DNA from: Camelus dromedarius
Lineage: Eukaryota
Length of the DNA stretch: 64,000 nucleotides
Assembly: GCF_036321535.1 (NCBI RefSeq)
Contig: NC_087436.1
Span: 744,001-808,000 of the forward strand
Reading direction: 5' to 3'
The first letter of the stretch is position 1. The number at the start of each line of letters is the position of its first letter. The notes under the pieces are model-generated. The model did no database searches and was not told the DNA's origin. It saw nothing but the letters and a program-made list of their open reading frames with translations. Positions 1-13,200 of this stretch are shown one piece after another. Position numbers and translations under genes: made by a program.

Positions 1-559
1 CGGCTTTCACACACACTTAACTCTCAGAACTGAGCAAGTGGAGAGACGTTCGTTCATCTAGCACCAAGGGAACGGGTTGCAGGGGACACTTTTTCTCTGC
101 TTTCTCAGTCTGTTTCCTAGTGCCGGTTTGAAGTTCCTGCAGTTTTCACTGTAAAACCGAGTTGGAGCTTGTACCTCCCCATATATATATATGGAATGGT
201 GTTTGCAACTGAAAAGAAACTTTGTGTTCCCAACAAGCTAGGTGAAGTACGGCTTTCACACACACTTATCTCTCAGAACAGAGCAAGTGGAGAGACGTTC
301 GTTCATCTAGCACCAAGGGAACGGGTTGCAGGAGACACTTTTTCTCTGCTTTATCAGTCTGTTTCCTAGTGCCGGTTTGAAGTTCCTGCAGTTTTCACTG
401 TCAAACCGAGTTGGAGCTAGTACCTCCCCATATATATGTATGGAATGGAGTTTGCAACTGTAAAGAAACTTTGTGTTCCCAACAAGCTAGGTGAAGGACG
501 GCTTTCACACACACTTATCTCTCAGAACTGAGCAAGTGGAGAGACGTTCGTTCATCTAG

Positions 560-1550
560 CACCAAGGGAACGGGTTGCAGGAGACAATTTTTCTCTGCTT
601 CCTCAGTCTGTTTCCTAGTGCCGGTTTGAAGTTCCTGCAGTTTTCACTGTAAAACCGAGTTGGAGCTTCTACCTCCTCATATATATGTATGGAATGGAGT
701 TTGCAACTGAAAAGAAACTTTGTGTTCCCAAAAAGCAAGGTGAAGGACTGCTTTCACACACACTTATCTCTCAGAACTGAGCAAGTGGAGAGACGTTCGT
801 TCATCTAGAACCAAGGGAACGGGTTGCAGGAGACACTTATTCTCTGCTTTCTCAGTCTGTTTCCTAGTGCCGGTTTGAAGTTCCTGCAGTTTTCACTGTA
901 AAACCGAGTTGGAGCTTGTACCTCCCCATATATATGTATGGAATGGAGTTTGCAACTGAAAAGAAACTTTGTGTTCCCAACAAGCTAGGTGAAGGACGGC
1001 TTTCACACACACTTATCTCTCAGAACTGAGCAAGTGGAGAGACGTTCGTTCATCTAGCACCAAGGGAACGGGTTGCAGGGGACACTTTTTCTCTGCTATC
1101 TCAGTCTGTTTCCTAGTGCCGGTTTGAAGTTCCTGCAGTTTTCACTGTGAAATCGAGTTGGAGCTTCTACCTCCCCATATATATGTATGGAATGGAGTTT
1201 GCAACTGAAAAGAAACTTTGTGTTCCCAAAAAGCAAGGTGAAGGACTGCTTTCACACACACTTATCTCTCAGAACTGAGCAAGTGGAGAGACGTTCGTTC
1301 ATCTAGAACCAAGGGAACGGGTTGCAGGAGACCCTTATTCTCTGCTTTCTCAGTCTGTTTCCTAGTGCCGTTTTGAAGTTCCTGCAGTTTTCACTGTAAA
1401 ACCGAGTTGGAGCTTGTACCTCCCCATATATATGTATGGAATGGAGTTTGCAACTGAAAAGAAACTTTGTGTTCCCAACAAGCTAGGTGAAGGACGGCTT
1501 TCACACACACTTATCTCTCAGAACTGAGCAAGTGGAGAGACGTTCGTTCA
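560..1550 (+). repeat. Dimer (498-bp) tandem duplication
   Basis: The rare linked variants CCCAAAAAGCAAGG, GGACTGC, CTAGAACC and CTTATTC occur at about 727-842 and again at about 1225-1340, 498 bp later. Confidence 0.7.
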
Positions 1551-4500
1551 TCTAGCACCAAGGGAACGGGTTGCAGGAGACACTTTTTCTCTGCTTCCTA
1601 AGTCTGTTTCCTAGTGCCGGTTTGAAGTTCCTGCAGTTTTCACTGTCAAACCGAGTTGGAGCTTCTACCTCCCCATATATATGTATGGAATGGAGTTTGC
1701 AACTGAAAAGAAACTTTGTGTTCCCAACAAGCTAGGTGAAGGACGGCTTTCACACACACTTATCTCTCAGAACTGAGCAAGTGGAGAGACGTTCGTTCAT
1801 CTAGCACCAAGGGAACGGCTTGCAGGGGACACTTTTTCTCTGCTTTCTCAGTCTGTTTCCTAGTGCCGGTTTGAAGTTCCTGCAGTTTTCACTGTAAAAC
1901 CGAGTTGGAGCTTCTACCTCCACATATATATGTATGGAATGGAGTTTGCAACTGAAAAGAAACTTTGTGTTCCCAACAAGCTAGTTGAAGGACGGCTTTC
2001 ACACACACTTATCTCTCAGAACAGAGCAAGTGGAGAGACGTTCGTTCATCTAGCACCAAGGGAACGGGTTGCGGGAGACACTTTTTCTCTGCTTTCTCAG
2101 TCTGTTTCCTAGTGCCGGTTTGAAGTTCCTGCAGTTTTCACTGTCAAACCGATTTGGAGCTAGTACCTCCCCATATATATGTATCTAATAGAGTTTGCAA
2201 CTGAAAAGAAACTTTGTGTTCCCAACAAGCAAGGTGAAGGACGGCTTTCACACACACATATCTCTCAGAACTGAGCAAGTGGAGAGACGTTCGTTCATCT
2301 AGCACCAAGGGAACGGGTTGCAGGAGACACTTTTTCCCTGCTTCCTCAGTCTGTTTCCTAGTGCCGGTTTGAAGTTCCTGCAGTTTTCACTGTAAAACCG
2401 AGTTGGAGCTTGTACCTCCCCATATATATGTATGGAATGGAGTTTGCTACTGAAAAGAAACTTTGTGTTCCCAACAAGCTAGGTGAAGGACGGCTTTCAC
2501 ACACACTTATCTCTCAGAACTGAGCAAGTGGAGAGACGTTCGTTCATCTAGCACCAAGGGAACGGGTTGCAGGGGACACTTTTTCTCTGCTTTCTCAGTC
2601 TGTTTCCTAGTGCCGGTTTGAAGTTCCTGCAGTTTTCACTGTAAAACCGAGTTGGAGCTTCTACCTCCCCATATATATGTATGGAATGGAGTTTGCAACT
2701 GAAAAGAAACTCTGTGTTCCCAACAAGCTATGTGAATGACGGCTTTCACACACATTTATCTCTCAGAACAGAGCAAGTGGAGAGACGTTCGTTCATCTAG
2801 CACCAAGGGAACGGGTTGCAGGAGACACTTTTTCTCTGCTTTCTCAGTCTGTTTCCTAGTGCCGGTTTGAAGTTCCTGCAGTTTTCACTGTAAAACCGAG
2901 TTGGAGCTTCTACCTCCCCTATATATGTATGGAATTGAGTTGGCACCTGAAAAGAAACTTTGTGTTTCCAACAAGCTAGGTGAAGGACCGCTTTCACACA
3001 CACTTATCTCTGAGAACTGAGCAATTGGAGAGACGTTCGTTCATGTAGCACAAAGGGAACGGGTTGCAGGAGACACTTATTCTCTGCATTTTCAGTCTGT
3101 TTCCTAGTGCCGGTTTGAAGTTCCTGCAGTTTTCACTGTCAAACCGAGTTGGAGCTAGTACCTCCCCATATATATGTATGGAATTGAGTTGGCAACTGAA
3201 AAGAAACTTTGTGTTCCCAACAAGCTAGTTGAAGGACGGCTTTCACACACACTTATCTCTCAGAACAGAGCAAGTGGAGAGACGTTCGTTCATCTAGCAC
3301 CAAGGGAACGGGTTGCAGGGGACACTTTTTCTCTGCTATCTCAGTCTGTTTCCTAGTGCCGGTTTGAAGTTCCTGCAGTTTTCACTGTAAAACCGAGTTG
3401 GAGCTTCTACCACCCCATATATATGTATGGAATGGAGTTTGCAACTGAAAAGAAACTCTGTGTTCCCAACAAGCTAGGTGAAGGACGGCTTTCACACACA
3501 CTTATCTCTCAGAACTGAGCAAGTGTAGAGACGTTCGTTCATCTAGCACCAAGGGAACGGGTTGAAGGAGACACTTTTTCTCTGCTTTCTCAGTCGGTTT
3601 CCTAGTGCCGGTTAGAAGTTCCTGCAGTTTTCACTGTCTAACCGAGTTGGAGCTAGTACTTCCCCATATATATGTATGGAATTGAGTTTGCAACTGAAAA
3701 GAAACTTTGTGTTCCCAACAAGCTAGGTGAAGGACGGCTTTCACACACACTTATCTCTCAGAACTGAGCAAGTGGAGAGACGTTCGTTCATCTAGCACCA
3801 AGGGAACGGGTTGCAGGGGACACTTTTTCTCTGCTTTCTCAGTCTGTTTCCTAGTGCCGGTTTGAAGTTCCTGCAGTTTTCACTGTAAAACCGAGTTGGA
3901 GCTTCTACCTCCCCATATATATGTATGGAATGGAGTTTGCAACTGAAAAGAAACTCTGTGTTCCCAACAAGCTAGGTGAAGGACTGCTTTCACACACATT
4001 TATCTCTCAGAACAGAGCAAGTGGAGAGACGTTCGTTCATCTAGCACCAAGGGAACGGGTTGCAGGAGACACTTTTTCTCTGCTTCCTCAGTCTGTTTCC
4101 TAGTGCCGGTTTGAAGTTCCTGCAGTTTTCACTGTCAAACCGAGTTGGAGCTTCTACCTCCCCATATATATGTATGGAATGGAGTTTGCAACTGAAAAGA
4201 AACTTTGTGTTCCCAACAAGCTAGGTGAAGGACGGCTTTCACACACACTTATCTCTCAGAACTGAGCAAGTGGAGAGACGTTCGTTCATCTAGCACCAAG
4301 GGAACGGCTTGCAGGGGACACTTTTTCTCTGCTTTCTCAGTCTGTTTCCTAGTGCCGGTTTGAAGTTCCTGCAGTTTTCACTGTAAAACCGAGTTGGAGC
4401 TTCTACCTCCACATATATATGTATGGAATGGAGTTTGCAACTGAAAAGAAACTTTGTGTTCCCAACAAGCTAGTTGAAGGACGGCTTTCACACACACTTA

Positions 4501-7256
4501 TCTCTCAGAACTGAGCAAGTGGAGAGACGTTCGTTAATCTAGCACCAAGCGAACGGGTTGCAGGAGACACTTTTTCTCTGCTTTCTCAGTCTGTTTCCTA
4601 GTGCCGGTTTGAAGTTCCTGCAGTTTTCATTGTCAAACAGATTTGGAGCTAGTATCTCCCCATATATATGTATGGAATGGAGTTTACAACTGAAAAGAAA
4701 CTTTGTGTTCCCAACAAGCCTGGTGAAGAGCGGCTTTCACACACACTTATCTCTCAGAACTGAGCAAGTGTAGAGACGTTCGTTCATCTAGCACCAAGGG
4801 AACGCGTTGCAGGAGACACTTTTTCTCTGCTTTCTCAGTCTGTTTCCTAGGGCCGGTTTGAAGTTCCTGCAGTTTTCACTGTCAACCCGAGTTGGAGCTA
4901 GTACCTCCCCATATATATGTATGGAATGGAGTTTGCAACTGAAAAGAAACTTTGTGTTCCCAACAAGAAAGGTGAAGGACGGCTTTCACACGCACATATC
5001 TCTCAGAACTGAGCAAGTGGAGAGATGTTCGTTCATCTAGCACCAAGGGAACGGGTTGCAGGAGACACTTTTTCTCTGCTTTCTCAGTCTGTTTCCTAGT
5101 GCCGGTTTGAAGTTCCTGCAGTTTTCATTGTCAAACCGATTTGGAGCTAGTATCTCCCCATATATATGTATGGAATGGAGTTTACAACTGAAAAGAAACT
5201 TTGTGTTCCCAACAAGCTTGGTGAAGAGCGGCTTTCACACACACTTATCTCTCAGAACTGAGCAAGTGGAGAGACGTTCGTTCATCCAGCACCAAGGGAA
5301 CGGGTTGCAGGAGACACTTTTTCTCTGCTTTCTCAGTCTGTTTCCTAGTGCCGGTTTCAAGTTCCTGCAGTTATCACTGTAAAACCGAGTTGGAGCTTGT
5401 ACCTCCCCATATATATGTATGGAATGGAGTTTGCAACTGAAAAGAAACTTTGTGTTCCCAACAAGCTAGGTGAAGGACGGCTTTCACACACACTTATCTC
5501 TCAGAACTGAGCAAGTGGAGAGACGTTCGTTCATCTAGCACCAAGGGAACGGGTTGCAGGAGACACTTTTTCTCTGTTTTCTCATTCTGTTTCCTACTGC
5601 CGGTTTGAAGTTCCTGCAGTTTTCACTGTGAAACCCAGTTGGAGCTTCTACCTCCCCATATATATGTATGGAATGGAGTTTGCAACTGAAAAGAAACTTT
5701 GTGTTCCCAACAAGCAAGGTGAAGGACGGCTTTCACACACACTTATCTCTCAGAACTGAGCAAGTGGAGAGACGTTCGTTCATCTAGCACCAAGGGAACG
5801 GGTTGCAGGAGACACTTTTTCTCTGCTTTCTCAGTCTGTTTCCTAGTGCCGGTTTGAAGTTCCTGCAGTTTTCACTGTCAAACCGAGTTGGAGCTAGTAC
5901 CTCCCCATATATATGTATGGAATGGAGTTTGCAACTGAAAAGAAACTTTGTGTTCCCAACAAGCTAGGTGAAGGACGGCTTTCACACACACTTATCTCTC
6001 AGAACAGAGCAAGTGGAGAGACGTTCGTTCATCTAGCACCAAGGGAACGGGTTGCAGGAGACACTTTTTCTCTGCTTTCTCAGTCTGTTTCCTAGTGCCC
6101 TTTTGAAGTTCCTGCAGTTTTCACTGTCAAACCGAGTTGGAGCTAGTACCTCCCCATATATATGTATGGAATGGAGTTTGCAACTGAAAAGAAACTGTGT
6201 TCCCAAGAAGCTAGGTGAAGGACGGCTTTCACACGCACATATCTCTCAGAACTGAGCAAGTGGAGAGACGTTCGTTCATCTAGCACCAAGGGAACGGGTT
6301 GCAGGAGACACTTTTTCTCTGCTTCCTCAGTCTGTTTCCTAGTGCCGGTTAGAATTTCCTGCAGTTTTCACTGTAAAACCGAGTTGGAGCTTGTACCTCC
6401 CCATATATATGTATGGAATGGAGTTTGCAACTGAAAAGAAACTTTGTGTTCCCAACAAGCTAGGTGAAGGACGGCTTTCACACGCACATATCTCTCAGAA
6501 CTGAGCAAGTGGAGAGACGTTCGTTCATCTAGCACCAAGGGAACGGGTTGCAGGAGACAATTTTTCTCTTCTTCCTCAGTCTGTTTCCTAGTGCCGGTTT
6601 GAAGTTCCTGCAGTTTTCACTGTCAAACCGAGTTGGAGCTTCTACCTCCCAATATATATGTATGGAATGGAGTTTGCAACTGAAAAGAAACTTTGTGTTC
6701 CCAACAAGCTAGGTGAAGGACGGCTTTCACACGTACTTACCTCTCAGAACTGAGCAAGTGGAGAGACGATCGTTCATCTAGCACCAAGGGAACGGGTTAC
6801 AGGAGACACTTTTTCTCTGCTTTCTCAGTCTGTTTCCTAGTGCCGGTTTGAAGTTCCTGCAGTTTTCACTGTAAAACGGAGTTGGAGTTTCTACCTCCCC
6901 ATATATATGTATGGAATGGAGTTTGCAACTGAAAAGAAACTTTGTGTTCCCAACAAGCCAGGTGAAGGACGGCTTTCACACACCCTTATCTCTCAGAACT
7001 GAGCAAGTGGAGAGACTTTCGTTCATCTAGCACCAAGGGAACGGGTTGCAGGAGACAATTTTTCTCTGCTTTCTCAGTCTGTTTCCTAGTGCCGGTTTGA
7101 AGTTCCTGCAGTTTTCACTGTCAAACGGAGTTGGAGCTAGTACCTCCCCATATATATGTATGGAATGGAGTTTGCAACTGAAAAGAAACTTTGTGTTCCC
7201 AACAAGCTAGGTGAAGGACGGCTTTCACACACACTTATCTCTCAGAACTGAGCAAG

Positions 7257-10200
7257 TGGAGAGACGTTCGTTCATCTAGCACCAAGGGAACGGGTTGCAG
7301 GAGACACTTTTTCTCTGCTTCCTCAGTCTGTTTCCTAGTGCCGGTTTGAAGTTCCTGCAGTTTTCACTGTCAAACCGAGTTGGAGCTTGTACCTCCCCAT
7401 ATATATGTATGGAATGGAGTTTGCAACTGAAAAGAAACTTTGTGTTCCCAACAAGCTAGGTGAAGGACGGCTTTCACACACACTTATCTCTCAGAACAGA
7501 GCAAGTGGAGAGACGTTCGTTCATCTAGCACCAAGGGAACGGGTTGCAGGAGACACTTTTTCTCTGCTTTCTCAGTCTGTTTCCTAGTGCCGGTTTGAAG
7601 TTCCTGCAGTTTTCACTGTAAAACCGAGTTGGAGCTAGTACCTCCCCATATATATGTATGGAATGGAGTTTGCAACTGAAAAGAAACTTTGTGTTCCCAA
7701 CAAGCTAGGTGAAGGACGGCTTTCACACACACTTATCTCTCAGAACTGAGCAAGTGGAGAGACGTTCGTTCATCTAGCACCAAGGGAACGGGTTGCAGGA
7801 GACACTTTTTCTCTGCTTTGTCAGTCTGTTTCCTAGTGACGGTTTGAAGTTCCTTCAGTTTTCACTGTAAAACCGAGTTGGAGCTGGTACCTCCCCATAT
7901 ATATGTATGGAATGGAGTTTGCAACTGAAAAGAAACTTTGTGTTCCCAACAAGCTAGGTGAAGGACGGCTTTCACACACACATATCTCTCAGAACTGAGC
8001 AAGTGGAGAGACGTTCGTTCATCTAGCACCAAGGGAACGGGTTGCAGGAGACACATTTTCTCTGCTTCTCAGTTTGTTTCCTAGTGCCGGTTTGAAGTTC
8101 CTGCAGTTTTCACTGTAAAACCGAGTTGGAGCTTGTACCTCCCCATATATATGTATGGAATGGAGTTTGCAACTGAAAAGAAACTTTGTGTTCCCAACAA
8201 GCAAGGTGAAGGACGGCTTTCACACACACTTATCTCTCAGAACTGAGCAAGTGGAGACACGTTCGTTCATCTAGCACCAAGGGAACGGGTTGCAGGAGAC
8301 ACTTTTTCTCTGCTTTCTCAGTCTGTTTCCTAGTGCCGGTTTGAAGTTCCTGCAGTTTTCACTGTAAAAACGAGTTGGAGCTTGTACCTCCCCATATATA
8401 TGTATGGAATGGAGTTTGCAACTGAAAAGAAACTTTGTGTTCCCAACAAGCTAGGTGAAGGACGGCTTTCACACACACTTATCTCTCAGAACTGAGCAAG
8501 TGGAGAGACGTTCGTTCATCTAGCACCAAGCGAACGGGTTGCAGGAGACACTTTTTCTCTGCTTTCTCAGTCTGTTTCCTAGTGCCGTTTTGAAGTTCCT
8601 GCAGTTTTCACTGTCAAACCGAGTTGGAGCTAGTACCTCCCCATATATATGTATGGAATGGAGTTTGCAACTGAAAAGAAACTGTGTTCCCAACAAGCTA
8701 GGTGAAGGACGGCTTTCACACGCACATATCTCTCAGAACTGAGCAAGTGGAGAGACGTTCGTTCATCTAGCACCAAGGGAACGGGTTGCAGGTGACACTT
8801 TTTCTCTGCTTCCTCAGTCTGTTTCCTAGTGCCGGTTAGAATTTCCTGCAGTTATCACTGTAAAACCGAGTTGGAGCTTGTACCTCCCCATATATATGTA
8901 TGGAATGGAGTTTGCAACTGAAAAGAAACTTTGTGTTCCCAACAAGCTAGGTGAAGGACGGCTTTCACACACACTTATCTCTCAGAACTGAGCAAGTGGA
9001 GAGACGATCGTTCATCTAGCACCAAGGGAACGGGTTACAGGGACACTTTTTCTCTGCTTTCTCAGTCTGTTTCCTAGTGCCGGTTTGAAGTTCCTGCAGT
9101 TTTCACTGTAAAACGGAGTTGGAGTTTCTACCTCCCCATATATATGTATGGAATGGAGTTTGCAACTGAAAAGAAACTTTGTGTTCCCATCAAGCTAGGT
9201 GAAAGACGGCTTACACACACCCTTATCTCTCAGAACTGAGCAAGTGGAGAGACTTTCGTTCATCTAGCACCAAGGGAACGGGTTGCAGGAGACAATTTTT
9301 CTCTGCTTTCTCGGTCTGTTTCCTAGTGCCGGTTTGAAGTTCCTGCAGTTTTCACTGTCAAACGGAGTTGGAGCTAGTACCTCCCCATATATATGTATGG
9401 AATGGAGTTTGCAACTGAAAAGAAACTTTGTGTTCCCAACAAGCTAGGTGAAGGACGGCTTTCACACACACTTATCTCTCAGAACTGAGCAAGTGGAGAG
9501 ACGTTCGTTCATCTAGCACCAAGGGAACGGGTTGCAGGAGACACTTTTTCTCTGCTTCCTCAGTCTGTTTCCTAGTGCCGGTTTGAAGTTCCTGCAGTTT
9601 TCACTGTCAAACCGAGTTGGAGCTTGTACCTCCCCATATATATGTATGGAATGGAGTTTGCAACTGAAAAGAAACTTTGTGTTCCCAACAAGCTAGTTGA
9701 AGGACGGCTTTCACACACACTTATCTCTCAGAACAAAGCAAGTGGAGAGACGTTCGTTCATCTAGCACCAAGGGAACGGGTTGCAGGAGACACTTTTTCT
9801 CTGCTTTCTCAGTCTGTTTCCTAGTGCCGGTTTGAAGTTCCTGCAGTTTTCACTGTAAAACCGAGTTGGAGCTAGTACCTCCCCATATATATGTATGGAA
9901 TGGAGTTTGCAACTGAAAAGAAACTTTGTGTTCCCAACAAGCTAGGTGAAGGACGGCTTTCACACACACTTATCTCTCAGAACTGAGCAAGTGGAGAGAC
10001 GTTCGTTCATCTAGCACCAAGGGAACGGGTTGCAGGAGACACTTTTTCTCTGCTTTCTCAGTCTGTTTCCTAGTGACGGTTTGAAGTTCCATCAGTTTTC
10101 ACTGTAAAACCGAGTTGGAGCTATTACCTCCTCATATATATGTATGGAATGGAGTTTGCAACTGAAAAGAAACTTTGTGTTCCCAACAAGCTAGGTGAAG

Positions 10201-13200
10201 GACGGCTTTCACACACACTTATCTCTCAGAACTGAGCAATTGGAGAGACGTTCGTTCATCTAGCACCAAGGGAACGGGTTGCAGGAGACACTTTTTCTCT
10301 GCTTCTCAGTTTGTTTCCTAGTGCCGGTTTGAAGTTCCTGCAGTTTTCACTGTAAAACCGAGTTGGAGCTAGTACCTCCCCATATATATGTATGGAATGG
10401 AGTTTGCAACTGAAAAGAAACTTTGTGTTCCCAACAAGCTAGGTGAAGGACGGCTTTCACACACACTTATCTCTCAAAACTGAGCAAGTGGAGAGACGTT
10501 CGTTCATCTAGCACCAAGGGAACGGGTTGCAGGAGACACTTTTTCTCTGCTTTCTCAGTCTGTTTCCTAGTGCCGGTTTCAAGTTCCTGCAGTTTTCACT
10601 GTAAAACCGAGTTGGAGCTTCTACCTCCCCATATATATGTATGGAATGGAGTTTGCAACTGAAAAGAAACTTTGTGTTCCCAACAAGCTAGGTGAAGGAC
10701 GGCTTTCACACACACTTATCTCTCAGAACTGAGCAATTGGAGAGACGTTCGTTCATCTAGCACCAAGGGAACGGGTTGCAGGAGACACTTTTTCTCTGCT
10801 TCCTCAGTCTGTTTCCTAGTGCCGGTTTGAAGTTCCTGCAGTTTTCACTGTCAAACCGAGTTGGAGCTTGTACCTCCCCATATATATGTATGGAATGGAG
10901 TTTGCAACTGAAAAGAAACTTTGTGTTCCCAACAAGCTAGGTGAAGGACGGCTTTCACACACACTTATCTCTCAGAACAGAGCAAGTGGAGAGACGTTCG
11001 TTCATCTAGCACCAAGGGAACGGGTTGCAGGAGACACTTTTTCTCTGCTTTCTCAGTCTGTTTCCTAGTGCCGGTTTGAAGTTCCTGCAGTTTTCACTGT
11101 AAAACCGAGTTGGAGCTAGTACCTCCCCATATATATGTATGGAATGGAGTTTGCAACTGAAAAGAAACTTTGTGTTCCCAACAAGCTAGGTGAAGGACGG
11201 CTTTCACACACACTTATCTCTCAGAACTGAGCAAGTGGAGAGACGTTCGTTCATCTAGCACCAAGGGAACGGGTTGCAGGAGACACTTTTTCTCTGCTTT
11301 GTCAGTCTGTTTCCTAGTGACGGTTTGAAGTTCCTTCAGTTTTCACTGTAAAACCGAGTTGGAGCTGGTACCTCCCCATATATATGTATGGAATGGAGTT
11401 TGCAACTGAAAAGAAACTTTGTGTTCCCAACAAGCTAGGTGAAGGACGGCTTTCACACACACATATCTCTCAGAACTGAGCAAGTGGAGAGACGTTCGTT
11501 CATCTAGCACCAAGGGAACGGGTTGCAGGAGACACATTTTCTCTGCTTCTCAGTTTGTTTCCTAGTGCCGGTTTGAAGTTCCTGCAGTTTTCACTGTAAA
11601 ACCGAGTTGGAGCTTGTACCTCCCCATATATATGTATGGAATGGAGTTTGCAACTGAAAAGAAACTTTGTGTTCCCAACAAGCAAGGTGAAGGACGGCTT
11701 TCACACACACTTATCTCTCAGAACTGAGCAAGTGGAGACACGTTCGTTCATCTAGCACCAAGGGAACGGGTTGCAGGAGACACTTTTTCTCTGCTTTCTC
11801 AGTCTGTTTCCTAGTGCCGGTTTGAAGTTCCTGCAGTTTTCACTGTAAAAACGAGTTGGAGCTTGTACCTCCCCATATATATGTATGGAATGGAGTTTGC
11901 AACTGAAAAGAAACTTTGTGTTCCCAACAAGCTAGGTGAAGGACGGCTTTCACACACACTTATCTCTCAGAACTGAGCAAGTGGAGAGACGTTCGTTCAT
12001 CTAGCACCAAGCGAACGGGTTGCAGGAGACACTTTTTCTCTGCTTTCTCAGTCTGTTTCCTAGTGCCGTTTTGAAGTTCCTGCAGTTTTCACTGTCAAAC
12101 CGAGTTGGAGCTAGTACCTCCCCATATATATGTATGGAATGGAGTTTGCAACTGAAAAGAAACTGTGTTCCCAACAAGCTAGGTGAAGGACGGCTTTCAC
12201 ACGCACATATCTCTCAGAACTGAGCAAGTGGAGAGACGTTCGTTCATCTAGCACCAAGGGAACGGGTTGCAGGTGACACTTTTTCTCTGCTTCCTCAGTC
12301 TGTTTCCTAGTGCCGGTTAGAATTTCCTGCAGTTATCACTGTAAAACCGAGTTGGAGCTTGTACCTCCCCATATATATGTATGGAATGGAGTTTGCAACT
12401 GAAAAGAAACTTTGTGTTCCCAACAAGCTAGGTGAAGGACGGCTTTCACACACACTTATCTCTCAGAACTGAGCAAGTGGAGAGACGATCGTTCATCTAG
12501 CACCAAGGGAACGGGTTACAGGGACACTTTTTCTCTGCTTTCTCAGTCTGTTTCCTAGTGCCGGTTTGAAGTTCCTGCAGTTTTCACTGTAAAACGGAGT
12601 TGGAGTTTCTACCTCCCCATATATATGTATGGAATGGAGTTTGCAACTGAAAAGAAACTTTGTGTTCCCATCAAGCTAGGTGAAAGACGGCTTACACACA
12701 CCCTTATCTCTCAGAACTGAGCAAGTGGAGAGACTTTCGTTCATCTAGCACCAAGGGAACGGGTTGCAGGAGACAATTTTTCTCTGCTTTCTCGGTCTGT
12801 TTCCTAGTGCCGGTTTGAAGTTCCTGCAGTTTTCACTGTCAAACGGAGTTGGAGCTAGTACCTCCCCATATATATGTATGGAATGGAGTTTGCAACTGAA
12901 AAGAAACTTTGTGTTCCCAACAAGCTAGGTGAAGGACGGCTTTCACACACACTTATCTCTCAGAACTGAGCAAGTGGAGAGACGTTCGTTCATCTAGCAC
13001 CAAGGGAACGGGTTGCAGGAGACACTTTTTCTCTGCTTCCTCAGTCTGTTTCCTAGTGCCGGTTTGAAGTTCCTGCAGTTTTCACTGTCAAACCGAGTTG
13101 GAGCTTGTACCTCCCCATATATATGTATGGAATGGAGTTTGCAACTGAAAAGAAACTTTGTGTTCCCAACAAGCTAGTTGAAGGACGGCTTTCACACACA

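Noticed and set aside
1..249. 83-bp trimeric substructure (249 = 3x83)
   Set aside because: Comparing the three thirds by eye showed no collinear similarity; the signal is at about 124-125 bp.
296..326. CENP-B-box-like halves TTCGTT...GGAACGGG
   Set aside because: The two halves are separated by 14 extra bases (CATCTAGCACCAAG), so the required TTCGNNNNANNCGGG spacing is not met.
429..438. TATA-like promoter element CATATATATG
   Set aside because: It is present in every monomer with no associated gene and is better described as an AT palindrome.
250..498. Primate alpha-satellite identity (short resemblances such as TCTCAGAA, CAAGTGGA, AGAAACTT)
   Set aside because: The unit is 249 bp rather than about 171 or 340 bp, and the matches are short words that I cannot extend. 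A database search would be needed.
250..498. Tandem 5S rRNA, tRNA, snRNA or SINE-derived array
   Set aside because: No recognisable 5S, tRNA or snRNA sequence. GTTCGTTCA does not fit the Pol III B-box consensus GTTCRANNC.
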